Source: Vicinamibacteria bacterium (GTDB lineage: Bacteria > Acidobacteriota > Vicinamibacteria > Marinacidobacterales > Marinacidobacteraceae). Taken from it: a DNA stretch of 64,000 nucleotides. Location of the stretch: the NCBI GenBank assembly GCA_963668695.2, contig CAXXLQ010000004.1, forward strand, positions 1,120,001 through 1,184,000. The letters run 5' to 3'. This document shows, piece by piece, positions 54,601-63,741 of this stretch (within the stretch, counting starts at the first letter, position 1; each line of letters opens with the position of its first letter). The notes below the pieces were generated by a model. The model did not search any database. It worked only from the letters and a program-made list of their open reading frames with translations, and was not told where the DNA came from. The translations under genes were made by a program, and so were the position numbers.

Positions 54601-56301
54601 ATGAAAGTCCGCACTTCCCGGAGAACGTTCATCGAAGCGACCGCGGCCGGCCTCGCCGGCGCCGCGCTCCCCGCATCGCGCGCGGTGGCCGCGCCCGCGG
54701 CCCCCGACGCCGTAGAGCGCCGACGCCTCATCGAACTCGCCCACTTCGGCAAGAAGGCGCCGGCCGAAGGAACCGGCGGGATGGCGATCACCTCGCACCC
54801 GCTCGCGACCCGCGCCGCCGTCGAGGTCCTGCAAAAGGGCGGCAACGCCTGCGACGCGGCGCTCGCCGCCTCGATCACCCAGACCGTGGTTGAACCGCAC
54901 ATGACCACCATCACCGGCTGCCTCTCCCAGATGTATTTCGACCAGGCGACCGGCGAGACGACCTACGTCAACGGCAACGTGAACACGCCGATGGCGCCGC
55001 TTCCCGGCTACGGCGCGCACGACCTCGCCACGGGGCGCGGGGTGGCGGTGCCCGGCTGGTGGGGCGGCTTCGAGGCGGCCCACGACCGCCACGCTTCGCT
55101 GCCGCGAAAAGAACTGATGGCGGACGCGATCGCCTACGCCCGGGGCGGCTTCGAGATGCACCCGTTCCTCTGGGGCGAGGTCTTCATCCAGTCCGAGAAG
55201 ATCGGCCGCACCGCCGCGGGCCGCGAGATCTTCTTCGACGGGCACGCGATCCCCCGCCCCGGCGCGACGCTCTACCAGAAGCAGGCCGCGGACACCCTGG
55301 AGCGGCTCGCCGAGGAGGGGAACGACTACTTCTACCGGGGGGACTTCGCGAAGAAGGTCTGCGAGGTGGTCCAGGCCGCGGGCGGCGTCCTGACCCCCGA
55401 GGACTTCGAACGCTGGGAGCCGCGCTGGCAGGAGCCGGCGTGGGGGTCGTACCGGGATCTCAAGATCGCCGGTTCCCCGCCCCCGGACAACGGCGGCACC
55501 CACATCATCGAGATGCTGCACATGCTGGAGTTCCTCGATCTGGAGGGACTCGGCCCGCCGGTCGAATCCGCCGAGAGCCTGCTCCAGATGATCCGGATCA
55601 GCCACCTGGTCTATTCCGAGGGCGGCCGGCAGAACGATCCCAAGAGCCATCCGCTGCCGCTCGAGACGATCCTCTCGAAGGACTACGCGCGGATGCGGTT
55701 CGACCTGCTCCAGATGGGGCACCCGGTCTCGGGCGCCGGCGAGCCACCCCCGCCCGCGGGCAGCAACCACGTGACGGTGGTGGACGCGGCCGGCAACGTC
55801 TCGACCATCCTCCACTCGTGCATGTCCTACCCGTGGAGCAACGGCCTCTTCGCCGAGGGGGTGAGCATCTGCGCCGCGGGCGCCCACTTCCTGCGGGTCA
55901 TGCCCCGCCCCGGCCACCGGATCTCGGCCTACGTGGCCCCGAACATCATCTTCCGGGGCGACCGGCCGGTGATGGCTTCCGGCTCGCCGAGCGTCAGCCT
56001 GCTCCAGAACGTCCTGCAGAACAGCCTTAACGTGCTGCAGTTCGGGGTGCCGGTGGCGGAATCGGTGAACCGGCCGCGGTTCGGCGGCCCGTCATTGAAC
56101 ACCCCGGGCGCGGTGCTGATCGAGGCGGACTTCCCGGAGAAGATCCGGGAGCAGGCGGCCGAGCGCGGCATCCGGTTCGACGTGGTGAACCCCTGGAACT
56201 GGCACCACGGCTCGTTCGAGGGCATCCACATCGGCGAGGACGGAGTTCGGCGCGCCTGCGGCGATCCGCGGCGCTGCAGCATGGCGGAGGCGACGGCATG
56301 A
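54601..56301 (+). CDS. Gamma-glutamyltransferase family protein, Tat substrate, atypical active site
   Basis: SRRTFI, GGNACDAA, VAVPG, SPPPDNGG, SNHVTVVDAAGN, GDPRR. Confidence 0.88.
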   Translation: MKVRTSRRTFIEATAAGLAGAALPASRAVAAPAAPDAVERRRLIELAHFGKKAPAEGTGGMAITSHPLATRAAVEVLQKGGNACDAALAASITQTVVEPHMTTITGCLSQMYFDQATGETTYVNGNVNTPMAPLPGYGAHDLATGRGVAVPGWWGGFEAAHDRHASLPRKELMADAIAYARGGFEMHPFLWGEVFIQSEKIGRTAAGREIFFDGHAIPRPGATLYQKQAADTLERLAEEGNDYFYRGDFAKKVCEVVQAAGGVLTPEDFERWEPRWQEPAWGSYRDLKIAGSPPPDNGGTHIIEMLHMLEFLDLEGLGPPVESAESLLQMIRISHLVYSEGGRQNDPKSHPLPLETILSKDYARMRFDLLQMGHPVSGAGEPPPPAGSNHVTVVDAAGNVSTILHSCMSYPWSNGLFAEGVSICAAGAHFLRVMPRPGHRISAYVAPNIIFRGDRPVMASGSPSVSLLQNVLQNSLNVLQFGVPVAESVNRPRFGGPSLNTPGAVLIEADFPEKIREQAAERGIRFDVVNPWNWHHGSFEGIHIGEDGVRRACGDPRRCSMAEATA

Positions 56302-57557
56302 CCCGGTTGGTTCGACTTTTCCTGTTTCCGGCGGCTCTTCTTGTCGGGTCGTCGGTTTTCGCGCAGGACACGGTGCTCCGCTGCGGGGCGGTGTTCGACG
56401 GCGAGGCCATGACCGGTGCCGGGGACATCGTCGTCCGCGACGGGGCGATCGTTTCCGGGTCGGCGGGCGCCGATGCGGAAGTGGTCGACCTCTCGGGGTA
56501 CACCTGCCTTCCGGGGCTCATCGACCTCCACGCCCACCTCACGATCAACCCGGACACCCTGACCGCGATCGACATGACCCGCTCGAGCGCGGCGCGGGCG
56601 CTCGATGCGCTCCACAACGCCCAGAAGATGCTGGGAGCCGGGTTCACCACCCTGCGGACGCCGGGCGAGTTCGATGGCTGGTACGGCACGATCGACCTCA
56701 AGCACGCCATCAACAGCGGCCAGCACATGGGGCCGCGGCTGCTCGTCGCGCCGCACGCGATCTCGGCCACCGGCGGCCACGGGGACTTCAACAACCTGAT
56801 GGCGGATCTCATGATCGAGACACCGACCCGGATCGCCGACGGGCCGGAGGGGCTGCGCCTCGCAATCCGGCGGGAGTTCAAGTACGGCGCCGACTGGATC
56901 AAGCTGATGATGACCGGCGGGGTCATGTCGGCGGGCGACGACCCGAACGTCAGCACCTACACCGAGGAGGAAGTCCGGGCCGCGGTCGAGGAGGTGCACC
57001 GCCACCAGAAGCGGATCACGGTCCACGCGCACGGCGCGGCCGGGATCAATACTGCGCTCCGCGCCGGGGTGGACTCCGTCGAGCACGCGACGCTGGTGGA
57101 CGCGGAGGGGATTCGGCTTTTCAAGGAACGGGGCGTCCCGATGGTGCCCACCCTCTACGTCATGAACTACATCGTGGAAGAGGGAGAGGCGATCGGCTTC
57201 CCGCGGGAGAGCATCGAGAAGGCGCGCGCCCTCATGGAAGAGCGCGACCGCCGGATCGGGGAAGCATTCGCGGCCGGAGTCCCGGTGGCCTTCGGCTCCG
57301 ACACCATCTTTCCCCACGAGACCGCGGCCCGCGAGTTCGCGGTGATGGTGGGGCTGGGTTTGAGTCCCACGGACGCGCTCCGCTCGGCGATGACGGTGCC
57401 GGCGCGGGTCTTGGGTCTGGAGGACGAGATCGGGCGGATCCAGCCCGGGTTCGCCGCCGACGTGATCGCGGTGGAGGGCAATCCGCTCGACAACATCCGG
57501 GTGATGGAGGATGTCAAGTTCGTGATGCGGGCCGGGCGGGTGGTGAAGTCGCCGTAA
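56298..57557 (+). CDS. Secreted amidohydrolase (Xaa-Pro dipeptidase-like)
   Basis: PGLIDLHAH, TGGHGD, GADWIK, HAHG, SVEH, FGSD. Confidence 0.9.
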   Translation: MTRLVRLFLFPAALLVGSSVFAQDTVLRCGAVFDGEAMTGAGDIVVRDGAIVSGSAGADAEVVDLSGYTCLPGLIDLHAHLTINPDTLTAIDMTRSSAARALDALHNAQKMLGAGFTTLRTPGEFDGWYGTIDLKHAINSGQHMGPRLLVAPHAISATGGHGDFNNLMADLMIETPTRIADGPEGLRLAIRREFKYGADWIKLMMTGGVMSAGDDPNVSTYTEEEVRAAVEEVHRHQKRITVHAHGAAGINTALRAGVDSVEHATLVDAEGIRLFKERGVPMVPTLYVMNYIVEEGEAIGFPRESIEKARALMEERDRRIGEAFAAGVPVAFGSDTIFPHETAAREFAVMVGLGLSPTDALRSAMTVPARVLGLEDEIGRIQPGFAADVIAVEGNPLDNIRVMEDVKFVMRAGRVVKSP

Positions 57558-57711
57558 GGGACAAGGACCGCCGGCCTTCATTCAGATCAGACCGGCATCG
57601 CCCGCGCAGCGGACGAAATTGCGTATCGCTGATCGAGACGAACCGCGAGGTCGGCTGCGCGGCGAGATCCCGGATCTTCTCGCTGGGCCGGCCCCGTTGG
57701 TGGTTCCTGAA

Positions 57712-57744
57712 TATACGTATGAAGAATTCTTCGATACGTATAAT
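57712..57744 (+). promoter_or_regulatory. Palindromic operator overlapping the -10 box of the TA operon
   Basis: tatacgtat-gaagaattcttc-g-atacgtata, with TATAAT at 57739-57744. Confidence 0.7.
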
Positions 57745-57761
57745 GGTGGCCGGCGACTTGA

Positions 57762-57983
57762 ATGAAGAAAAAACTGACGATCACGGTGGATAGTGATCTG
57801 CTTCCCCGAGCCAAGCAGTCCGCGCGCGCTCGCGGCGTGTCCTTGTCTTCCCTCGTCGAAGCGTCGCTCCGAGAGATCGCGGAAGAGGACACCCCCTCCT
57901 TCGCGTCACGGTGGAGAGGCAGATTCCAGGCAGCGGGACGGGACGACCGCCGCTACCGGGCGCTGTCCCGGAAGTATTTGTGA
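57762..57983 (+). CDS. Antitoxin (RHH, DUF6364-like)
   Basis: MKKKLTITVD...ARARGVSLSSLVE; overlaps the PIN gene by 4 bp. Confidence 0.85.
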   Translation: MKKKLTITVDSDLLPRAKQSARARGVSLSSLVEASLREIAEEDTPSFASRWRGRFQAAGRDDRRYRALSRKYL

Positions 57984-58387
57984 TCCTGCTCGACACGGAC
58001 GTGTTGATCGACGTCGCCCTCGATCGGCACCCGCATTCGGGACCATCTTCCGAGCTCCTTGATCGGGTAGAGCGCGGTGTGCGCCGCGCATTCGTCGCGT
58101 GGCACACCCTGTCGAATTTCTACTACCTCGTGACTCCCGCCCGCGGGGATGCGGACACCCGCGACTTCATCGCCGAACTCACCCGGTTCGTGATGGTTGC
58201 GCCCGGGGACACCGCGGCTCTCCGCTATGCGATTTCGCTTCCGATGGCCGACTTCGAGGACGCAATGCAGGTCGCGGCGGCACGGGCGTGCGGGGCGCGG
58301 CATATCGTGACGAGGAACGTCAGAGACTTCGCGCATTCGCCGATTCCGGCCATGACCCCCCGGGAAGCCCTCCCGCAGTTGTTCTGA
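57980..58387 (+). CDS. vapC: PIN domain toxin (VapC family)
   Basis: ILLDTDVLID, DFEDAMQ, IVTRNVRDF. Confidence 0.9.
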   Translation: MILLDTDVLIDVALDRHPHSGPSSELLDRVERGVRRAFVAWHTLSNFYYLVTPARGDADTRDFIAELTRFVMVAPGDTAALRYAISLPMADFEDAMQVAAARACGARHIVTRNVRDFAHSPIPAMTPREALPQLF

Positions 58388-58605
58388 GACCCGCGTCCTT
58401 GATCGGGCTCCGAGATCGGTGCTGGGAGAAGGACACCCGGCCAGTTGCCGGCGCGGTCGCCGAGACCGATACGGACGACCTGCGCCAATGCCTAATGAAC
58501 TTGTCGTTGGTCTCCAGGCTCAGACTGGCATGAAACCGCCTCCCGCTGGGGGACGGGCGGGCAATTAACGCCGCGCCCGCGGCGCCACTCCCACAGGAGA
58601 GAGTC

Positions 58606-60051
58606 ATGTCCAGAGTTCGATGGTTTCCGCTGAGCGTTTTCCTTGGCGCCGCCTGGGTTCTGGCGGTTCCGGGCGAGGCGGCACCCCAGCCCGAACCGCA
58701 GCAGCGTCCGATCGACCGGCGGGCCTACCTGAACGATGTCCAGACGAGCGACGACCCCCGCCGGGTCCCGGCGCCGCCCGGTCCCCGCGGACCGGAGGGG
58801 ACGACGGTGCTGCGCGGCGGCCTCGTCTTCGACGGGACCGGCTCGGAGCCGGCCGCCGGGACGGTGGTGATGGAGCGCAACCGGATCGCCGCGGTGTTGT
58901 TTGACAGTGCCGCCGGCTGGCCGGAGGGCGCCACCGACTGGCCCGAAGGCGCCCGGGTGCTGGATGTGTCCGGGCACACGGTGCTTCCCGGGCTGATGGA
59001 CCTCCACACCCACCTCACCTACACCGAACTCGATGTGCCGCAGGCGCTGACGGTGCACCCGGCGCACGCCGCGCTGCGCGGCGTCGAACGTCTCCACGCC
59101 TTCATCGGCTCCGGAATCACCTCGGTGCGCGACACCTCGTCCTTCGGAACCGTGCCGTTCATCTTGAAAGAGTGGGTCCGGGACAACAGGATCCCCGGCC
59201 CGCGGGTCTTCGCCGCCGGGCAACTGATCACCGCGACCGGCGGTCACAGCGCCGAAGGGTTGTCCGTCCACTCCGGGGTGTACGGAGCGGTCGTCGAGGC
59301 ATCGGGAGCCGACGGATTCCGGGAGGCCGTCCGGGAGCAGTTCAAGCGCGGCGCCGATCTGATCAAGGTGGCGAGCCACTTCAGCCGCGAGGAGATCGCG
59401 GCGGCGGTGGACGAGGCGCATACGCTCGGCCTCCGGATCACCGTGGACTCGGAGACCATCTACACCGAATGGGCGGTGGAGGCCGGCGTCGACGCGATCG
59501 AGCACCCGCTGCCGCGCACCGACGAAGTCGTCGCCATGATGGCGCAGCGCGGGATCGCCTCGGTGCCGACGGTCGTCCCCTACGACTACATCTTCGAGTG
59601 GATGGGCAGCTACCACAGCTCGACGTCCCGGCGATTCGAGCTCACCGGCGAAACGACCCGCGCGATGCTGCGAAAGATGAAGGAGGCCGGGGTCCTGATC
59701 GGGCTCGGCACCGACCTGGTCTTCGACTGGTTCCGCGATCTCCCCTACGCCTACATCCAGGAGCTGGAGGTGTATCTGGAGTGCGGCTTCACCCCCACCG
59801 AAGCGCTCCTCGCCGCCACCCGCGACAACGCCCGAATCCTCGGCATGGACGACAAGCTCGGCACCCTGGAAGTGGGCAAACTGGCCGATGTCCTGGTCGT
59901 CGAGGGCAACCCGCTTGAGGGCTTTGCCGCCCTGGCGAACGTCGCCCAGGTCTTTCGGGACGGCTACTGGGTGGTGCGGGACGGGGTGGTCCAGTCCACG
60001 CCACCGAAGCTCCGCGTGCCCGAGGGCTCGGGCGAGCCGGCCCGGCAGTGA
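58606..60051 (+). CDS. Secreted amidohydrolase
   Basis: PGLMDLHTH, TGGH, GADLIK, IEHP, LGTD, GKLADVLVV. Confidence 0.88.
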   Translation: MSRVRWFPLSVFLGAAWVLAVPGEAAPQPEPQQRPIDRRAYLNDVQTSDDPRRVPAPPGPRGPEGTTVLRGGLVFDGTGSEPAAGTVVMERNRIAAVLFDSAAGWPEGATDWPEGARVLDVSGHTVLPGLMDLHTHLTYTELDVPQALTVHPAHAALRGVERLHAFIGSGITSVRDTSSFGTVPFILKEWVRDNRIPGPRVFAAGQLITATGGHSAEGLSVHSGVYGAVVEASGADGFREAVREQFKRGADLIKVASHFSREEIAAAVDEAHTLGLRITVDSETIYTEWAVEAGVDAIEHPLPRTDEVVAMMAQRGIASVPTVVPYDYIFEWMGSYHSSTSRRFELTGETTRAMLRKMKEAGVLIGLGTDLVFDWFRDLPYAYIQELEVYLECGFTPTEALLAATRDNARILGMDDKLGTLEVGKLADVLVVEGNPLEGFAALANVAQVFRDGYWVVRDGVVQSTPPKLRVPEGSGEPARQ

Positions 60052-60060
60052 GGCCGCTGG

Positions 60061-60387
60061 CTACACATCCAGCAGGCGCCGCTCCAGCAACGCCCGCATG
60101 TCCCGCCGCCCGTCCGCGATCACCAGCACGTACACACCGTCTCCCATCACGCGGTAGATGATCCGGTACGGCTTGAAGCACACCTCCCGGTATTCCCGAA
60201 TCCCCAGCTCCAGCAGTTCCCGCGGGTAGCTGCCGCGTTCGGGGAGCTCGGACGACGACTGGAAGGCCTGCTCGATCCGCTTCAGGACATGTTCCGCCGT
60301 ACCTGTCCCGTCTTGCCGGGACAGGTAGTCGAAGATCTCTTCGAGGTCGCGGGCGGCGTCGTCGGTCAGTTGAACCGCGAACGGCAT
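60061..60387 (-). CDS. RelE/ParE family toxin
   Basis: LTDDAARDLEEI, PERG, PYRIIYRV, DGRRDM. Confidence 0.9.
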   Translation of the reverse strand: MPFAVQLTDDAARDLEEIFDYLSRQDGTGTAEHVLKRIEQAFQSSSELPERGSYPRELLELGIREYREVCFKPYRIIYRVMGDGVYVLVIADGRRDMRALLERRLLDV

Positions 60388-60662
60388 CAGTCCGCCCGTC
60401 GGCGCTGCCGAAGCCGCGCGATCACCTCAGCGGCGGGCTGCACCTGACCGGCTTCGATCTGACGGTCGCCCAGCGCCAGCATCTTGAGAAGGGCCACGCT
60501 CTCCTGCATCCGCTCGTAGCTGGCGATGTCCTGCACGACGGCCTTGGCTTCGCCGTTCTGGGTGATGATCAACGGCTCCGGCCGGTCCCCGAGCGTGCGG
60601 ATGATCTCGGCGGCGTGAGCCTTCAGGTAACTGATCGGCTTGATGCGGTCGGACAGTGACAT
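60387..60662 (-). CDS. Phd/YefM family antitoxin
   Basis: IKPISYLKAH, PLIITQNGEAKAVV. Confidence 0.9.
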   Translation of the reverse strand: MSLSDRIKPISYLKAHAAEIIRTLGDRPEPLIITQNGEAKAVVQDIASYERMQESVALLKMLALGDRQIEAGQVQPAAEVIARLRQRRRAD

Positions 60663-60686
60663 GGGCCACCTCCCTGTCAGACGGAG

Positions 60687-60704
60687 TGGACTAAATATAG
60701 TCCA
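60687..60704. promoter_or_regulatory. Palindromic operator upstream of the Phd antitoxin
   Basis: tggacta-aata-tagtcca. Confidence 0.6.
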
Positions 60705-60770
60705 TGAACAGGTCCGAGACAGCCGGCCCTGGATCTGTCATCGTCAGGTCGCCGTGGCCGTGCGACAGTA

Positions 60771-60912
60771 GGGGCGTCGTCACCCCTCCGGGGTACAAGG
60801 TCCCTGGCGGAACCCGGAGGGCCGGCGGTTCGTTCGACCCGAAGGCGAGGCGGAAGCAGCTCGGATGGGGCCGTCCCACCGGCGGTGTGACGACGAAGCG
60901 CCCGAACGAGGA
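60771..60912 (+). ncRNA. Candidate structured cis-regulatory RNA in the glmS leader
   Basis: Two nested perfect 9-bp stems, the outer one closing just before the RBS; does not fit the canonical glmS ribozyme order. Confidence 0.45.
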
Positions 60913-60922
60913 GAAGCGTCCC

Positions 60923-62761
60923 ATGTGCGGCATCATCGGCTATCTGGGTCCCCGCCCGGCCGCCCCGATTCTTCTGGAGGGGCTGAAGCGCCTCGAGTAC
61001 CGGGGCTACGACTCCGCCGGACTGGCCGTCCTGGACGGCGGCGCCCTCACCGTCGAGAAGCGCGCGGGAAAGATCAGTGACCTCACGGCGGCGCTGCACG
61101 GCGCTCTGCCACCCGGCGGATGCGGCATCGCCCACACCCGTTGGGCCACTCACGGGGCTCCCAACCGGGTCAACGCCCATCCGCAGGTCTCGGCGGCAGG
61201 CGACATCGCCGTCGTCCACAACGGCATCATCGAGAACGCAGCCCGGTTGCGCCCGTGGCTGCGCGACCGGGGGTACGCGCTGTGCAGCGAAACGGACACC
61301 GAAGTCCTGGTCCACCTCATGGACTTCGCCTTCCGGGACACCGATCTGCTGGAGGACGCGGTGGCGAGTGCGCTGGCGCGGGCGGAGGGCGCCTACGGCA
61401 TTGCCGTGGTCACCTCGCGGGACCCCGGCAAGATCGTGGTGGCGGCGAACGGCAGCCCCTTGCTACTCGGCATCGGTTCCGGGAACGAGCTCTTCGCGGC
61501 TTCGGATGCGGCGGCGGTGGTCGGGCACACCCGGAAAGTCGTGCGGCTCAGCGATGGGGATTCCGCTGTTCTCACCCCGGAGGGTTACCGGACCTTCGAC
61601 CCGGCGCGGCGGGCGGTGCTGCGCGGGTTCTCGGAGGTCGCGTGGGGCGCGGAGGCAGTCGGCAAGGACGGCTACGACCACTTCATGTACAAGGAGATCC
61701 GCGAACAGCCCGCCACCCTGCGTGATGTCCTGCGGGGACGGCTCGTCGAGAAGGACGGGGTTTCCCAGCTCGGCGGCGTCACCATGTCCGACCGCGAGCT
61801 CCGGGCGGTGGACCGGATCCTCATCACCGCCTGCGGAACCAGCCGCTACGCCGGGATGATCGGGGCCCGGATGATCGAGGACCTCGCCCAGGTTCCGGCG
61901 GCCGTGGAGTACGCCTCCGAATTCCGCTACCGCAACAGCGTGCTCACTCCGAACACGCTGGTCATCGGGATCAGCCAGTCGGGCGAGACCGCCGACACCC
62001 TGGCCGCGCTCCGCGAAGCCCGGCGCCGCGGCTGCCGCATCATGGGCATCGTGAACACGGTCGGCTCCACGATCGCGGTCGAGACGGATTTCGGGGTGTA
62101 CCTGCACGCCGGCCCCGAGATCGGCGTCGCTTCCACCAAGTCCTTCACGAGCCAGGTGATCGCGCTCGCGCTGTTCACGCTCTACCTCGGCCGCCGGCGC
62201 AACCTCTCGCTGCGGGACGGACGCCGCCTGGTGCGCGCCCTGGAGCAGCTCCCCGGCCAGGTGGAAGAGGCGCTCCTCGTGGACCCCCAGATCAAGGAAC
62301 TCGCCCGGAAGTACCAAGACGCCCCGGGCTTTTTGTTCATGGGCCGCGGCTACCAGTATCCGGTCGCCCTCGAGGGCGCCCTGAAGCTGAAGGAAGTGAG
62401 CTACGTCCACGCCGAGGGCTACCCGGCCGGGGAGATGAAGCATGGACCCATCGCCCTCGTGGACCGGGACGTGGCGGTGGTCGTGCTGGCGACGCGGGGC
62501 GAGGGGATGTACACCAAGACCCTCTCGAACATCGAGGAGGTGCGCGCCCGCGGGGGCCGGGTCATCGCGGTGGTGAACGACCTGGATGATGAACTTGCCG
62601 GCCGGGTGGACGACCGGATCGTGATTCCCCGGACGGACCCCGTCCTGATGCCGGTGCTCGCCTCAGTGCCCCTCCAGCTCCTCGCCTACCACGCGGCGGT
62701 GCTGCGCGGCTGCGATGTGGACCAGCCCCGCAACCTTGCCAAGTCCGTCACCGTGGAGTAG
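60923..62761 (+). CDS. glmS: Glutamine-fructose-6-phosphate transaminase
   Basis: MCGIIGY, LEYRGYDSAG, HTRWATHG, SQSGETADT, PRNLAKSVTVE. Confidence 0.97.
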   Translation: MCGIIGYLGPRPAAPILLEGLKRLEYRGYDSAGLAVLDGGALTVEKRAGKISDLTAALHGALPPGGCGIAHTRWATHGAPNRVNAHPQVSAAGDIAVVHNGIIENAARLRPWLRDRGYALCSETDTEVLVHLMDFAFRDTDLLEDAVASALARAEGAYGIAVVTSRDPGKIVVAANGSPLLLGIGSGNELFAASDAAAVVGHTRKVVRLSDGDSAVLTPEGYRTFDPARRAVLRGFSEVAWGAEAVGKDGYDHFMYKEIREQPATLRDVLRGRLVEKDGVSQLGGVTMSDRELRAVDRILITACGTSRYAGMIGARMIEDLAQVPAAVEYASEFRYRNSVLTPNTLVIGISQSGETADTLAALREARRRGCRIMGIVNTVGSTIAVETDFGVYLHAGPEIGVASTKSFTSQVIALALFTLYLGRRRNLSLRDGRRLVRALEQLPGQVEEALLVDPQIKELARKYQDAPGFLFMGRGYQYPVALEGALKLKEVSYVHAEGYPAGEMKHGPIALVDRDVAVVVLATRGEGMYTKTLSNIEEVRARGGRVIAVVNDLDDELAGRVDDRIVIPRTDPVLMPVLASVPLQLLAYHAAVLRGCDVDQPRNLAKSVTVE

Positions 62762-62904
62762 CGAGGGCCGACCGCCGGCGAGGGCGCCCCTACCGGGAGG
62801 ACCCGGCCGATCTCTGATCGGCGCACGGTGGCGCACGGGTGGCGAGCTCACCCGGGGAGGCCTTTTCTCCGAGCCGAACCCGCTCGGCCGGTCTCGACGG
62901 GCCG

Positions 62905-63480
62905 CTATGCGCTGACGCGGATGCGCGATGCAGCGCCCATTGCCAGGCGATCGAATACCCCGTCAACCGAATCGGCCACCGCGTAGAGGTCGCGTGACTC
63001 GGTCTGGGCGAAACCCTCGGCCACGATATGGTCGAACAGAGACAGGAGTGGATTCCAAAAACCTCGATGGTTTGCAAGAACGATCGGCTTGTCGTGGAAG
63101 CCGAGCTGTCGCCAGGTGAGCACTTCGAGGGTTTCCTCAAGGGTTCCGAAACCGCCCGGCAGCGACACGAAGCCATCGGCGCGGTGGAACATCTGCTGCT
63201 TCCGCTCGTGCATGCTGTCCACTACGACAAGTTCTGTCAGTCCCGGGAAGGGAGGTTCCGATTCCATGAGTGAACGGGGGATAATTCCGACCACGCGTCC
63301 GCCGCCCGCCAGCGCCGCGTCCGCCACCGCACCCATCAGGCCGGTGCCGCCGGCACCGAAGATGAGCTCGATGCCGCGTGCAGCGCAGGCGGAACCGAAT
63401 GCGCGCGCGAAGTCTTCCTGTTCGCCATCATCTCCGCTCGACGACCCACAATAGACACAAAGTGCCCTGATCTCAGCCAA
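62905..63480 (-). CDS. LOG family (TIGR00730) nucleotide phosphoribohydrolase (start may be 63540)
   Basis: CVYCGSS, GLMGAVA, MHERK, PGGFGTLEE. Confidence 0.9.
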   Translation of the reverse strand: MAEIRALCVYCGSSSGDDGEQEDFARAFGSACAARGIELIFGAGGTGLMGAVADAALAGGGRVVGIIPRSLMESEPPFPGLTELVVVDSMHERKQQMFHRADGFVSLPGGFGTLEETLEVLTWRQLGFHDKPIVLANHRGFWNPLLSLFDHIVAEGFAQTESRDLYAVADSVDGVFDRLAMGAASRIRVSA

Positions 63481-63554
63481 CGCAGACCCTACATATCGGG
63501 TATTCAGTTCATGATCTTCATACATTTCGAATAACAGCATCTAGCTTACCGCGA

Positions 63555-63638
63555 TCGCCGTCACCCGCGACAACGCCCGAATTCTCGGCATGGACGACAA
63601 GCTCGGCACCCTGGAGGTGGGCAAGCTGGCCGATGTCC
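63555..63638 (+). repeat. Direct copy of an internal amidohydrolase segment (59810-59893)
   Basis: 80 of 84 nt identical by manual alignment. Confidence 0.9.
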
Positions 63639-63741
63639 GACCGCACAGCGCGATGAGCGTCATTCCCGCCATCTGGTTGTGCTGGGCCGGCGGCATGCCC
63701 AAGGTTTCGAGGATCTCCTGTACTTCTCCGACGTCAGCCAA
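63639..63741 (-). pseudogene. Truncated BsuBI/PstI-family restriction endonuclease (first ~34 codons)
   Basis: EVQEILETLGMPPAQHNQMAGMTLIALCG; start overlaps the methyltransferase stop. Confidence 0.7.

Noticed and set aside
58400-58535. Possible gene remnant after vapC
   Set aside because: No recognisable motif or start signal
60771-60922. Canonical glmS ribozyme
   Set aside because: Conserved elements are not in the required order and P1 is missing; kept only as a non-canonical candidate
62762-62900. Tn7 insertion at attTn7 downstream of glmS
   Set aside because: No TGT-starting end, TnsB repeats or tns genes; only a degenerate REP-like sequence
28173-63480. Plant-hormone manipulation system (acdS plus LOG)
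   Set aside because: The genes are about 34 kb apart and LOG-family proteins are widespread housekeeping nucleotide hydrolases
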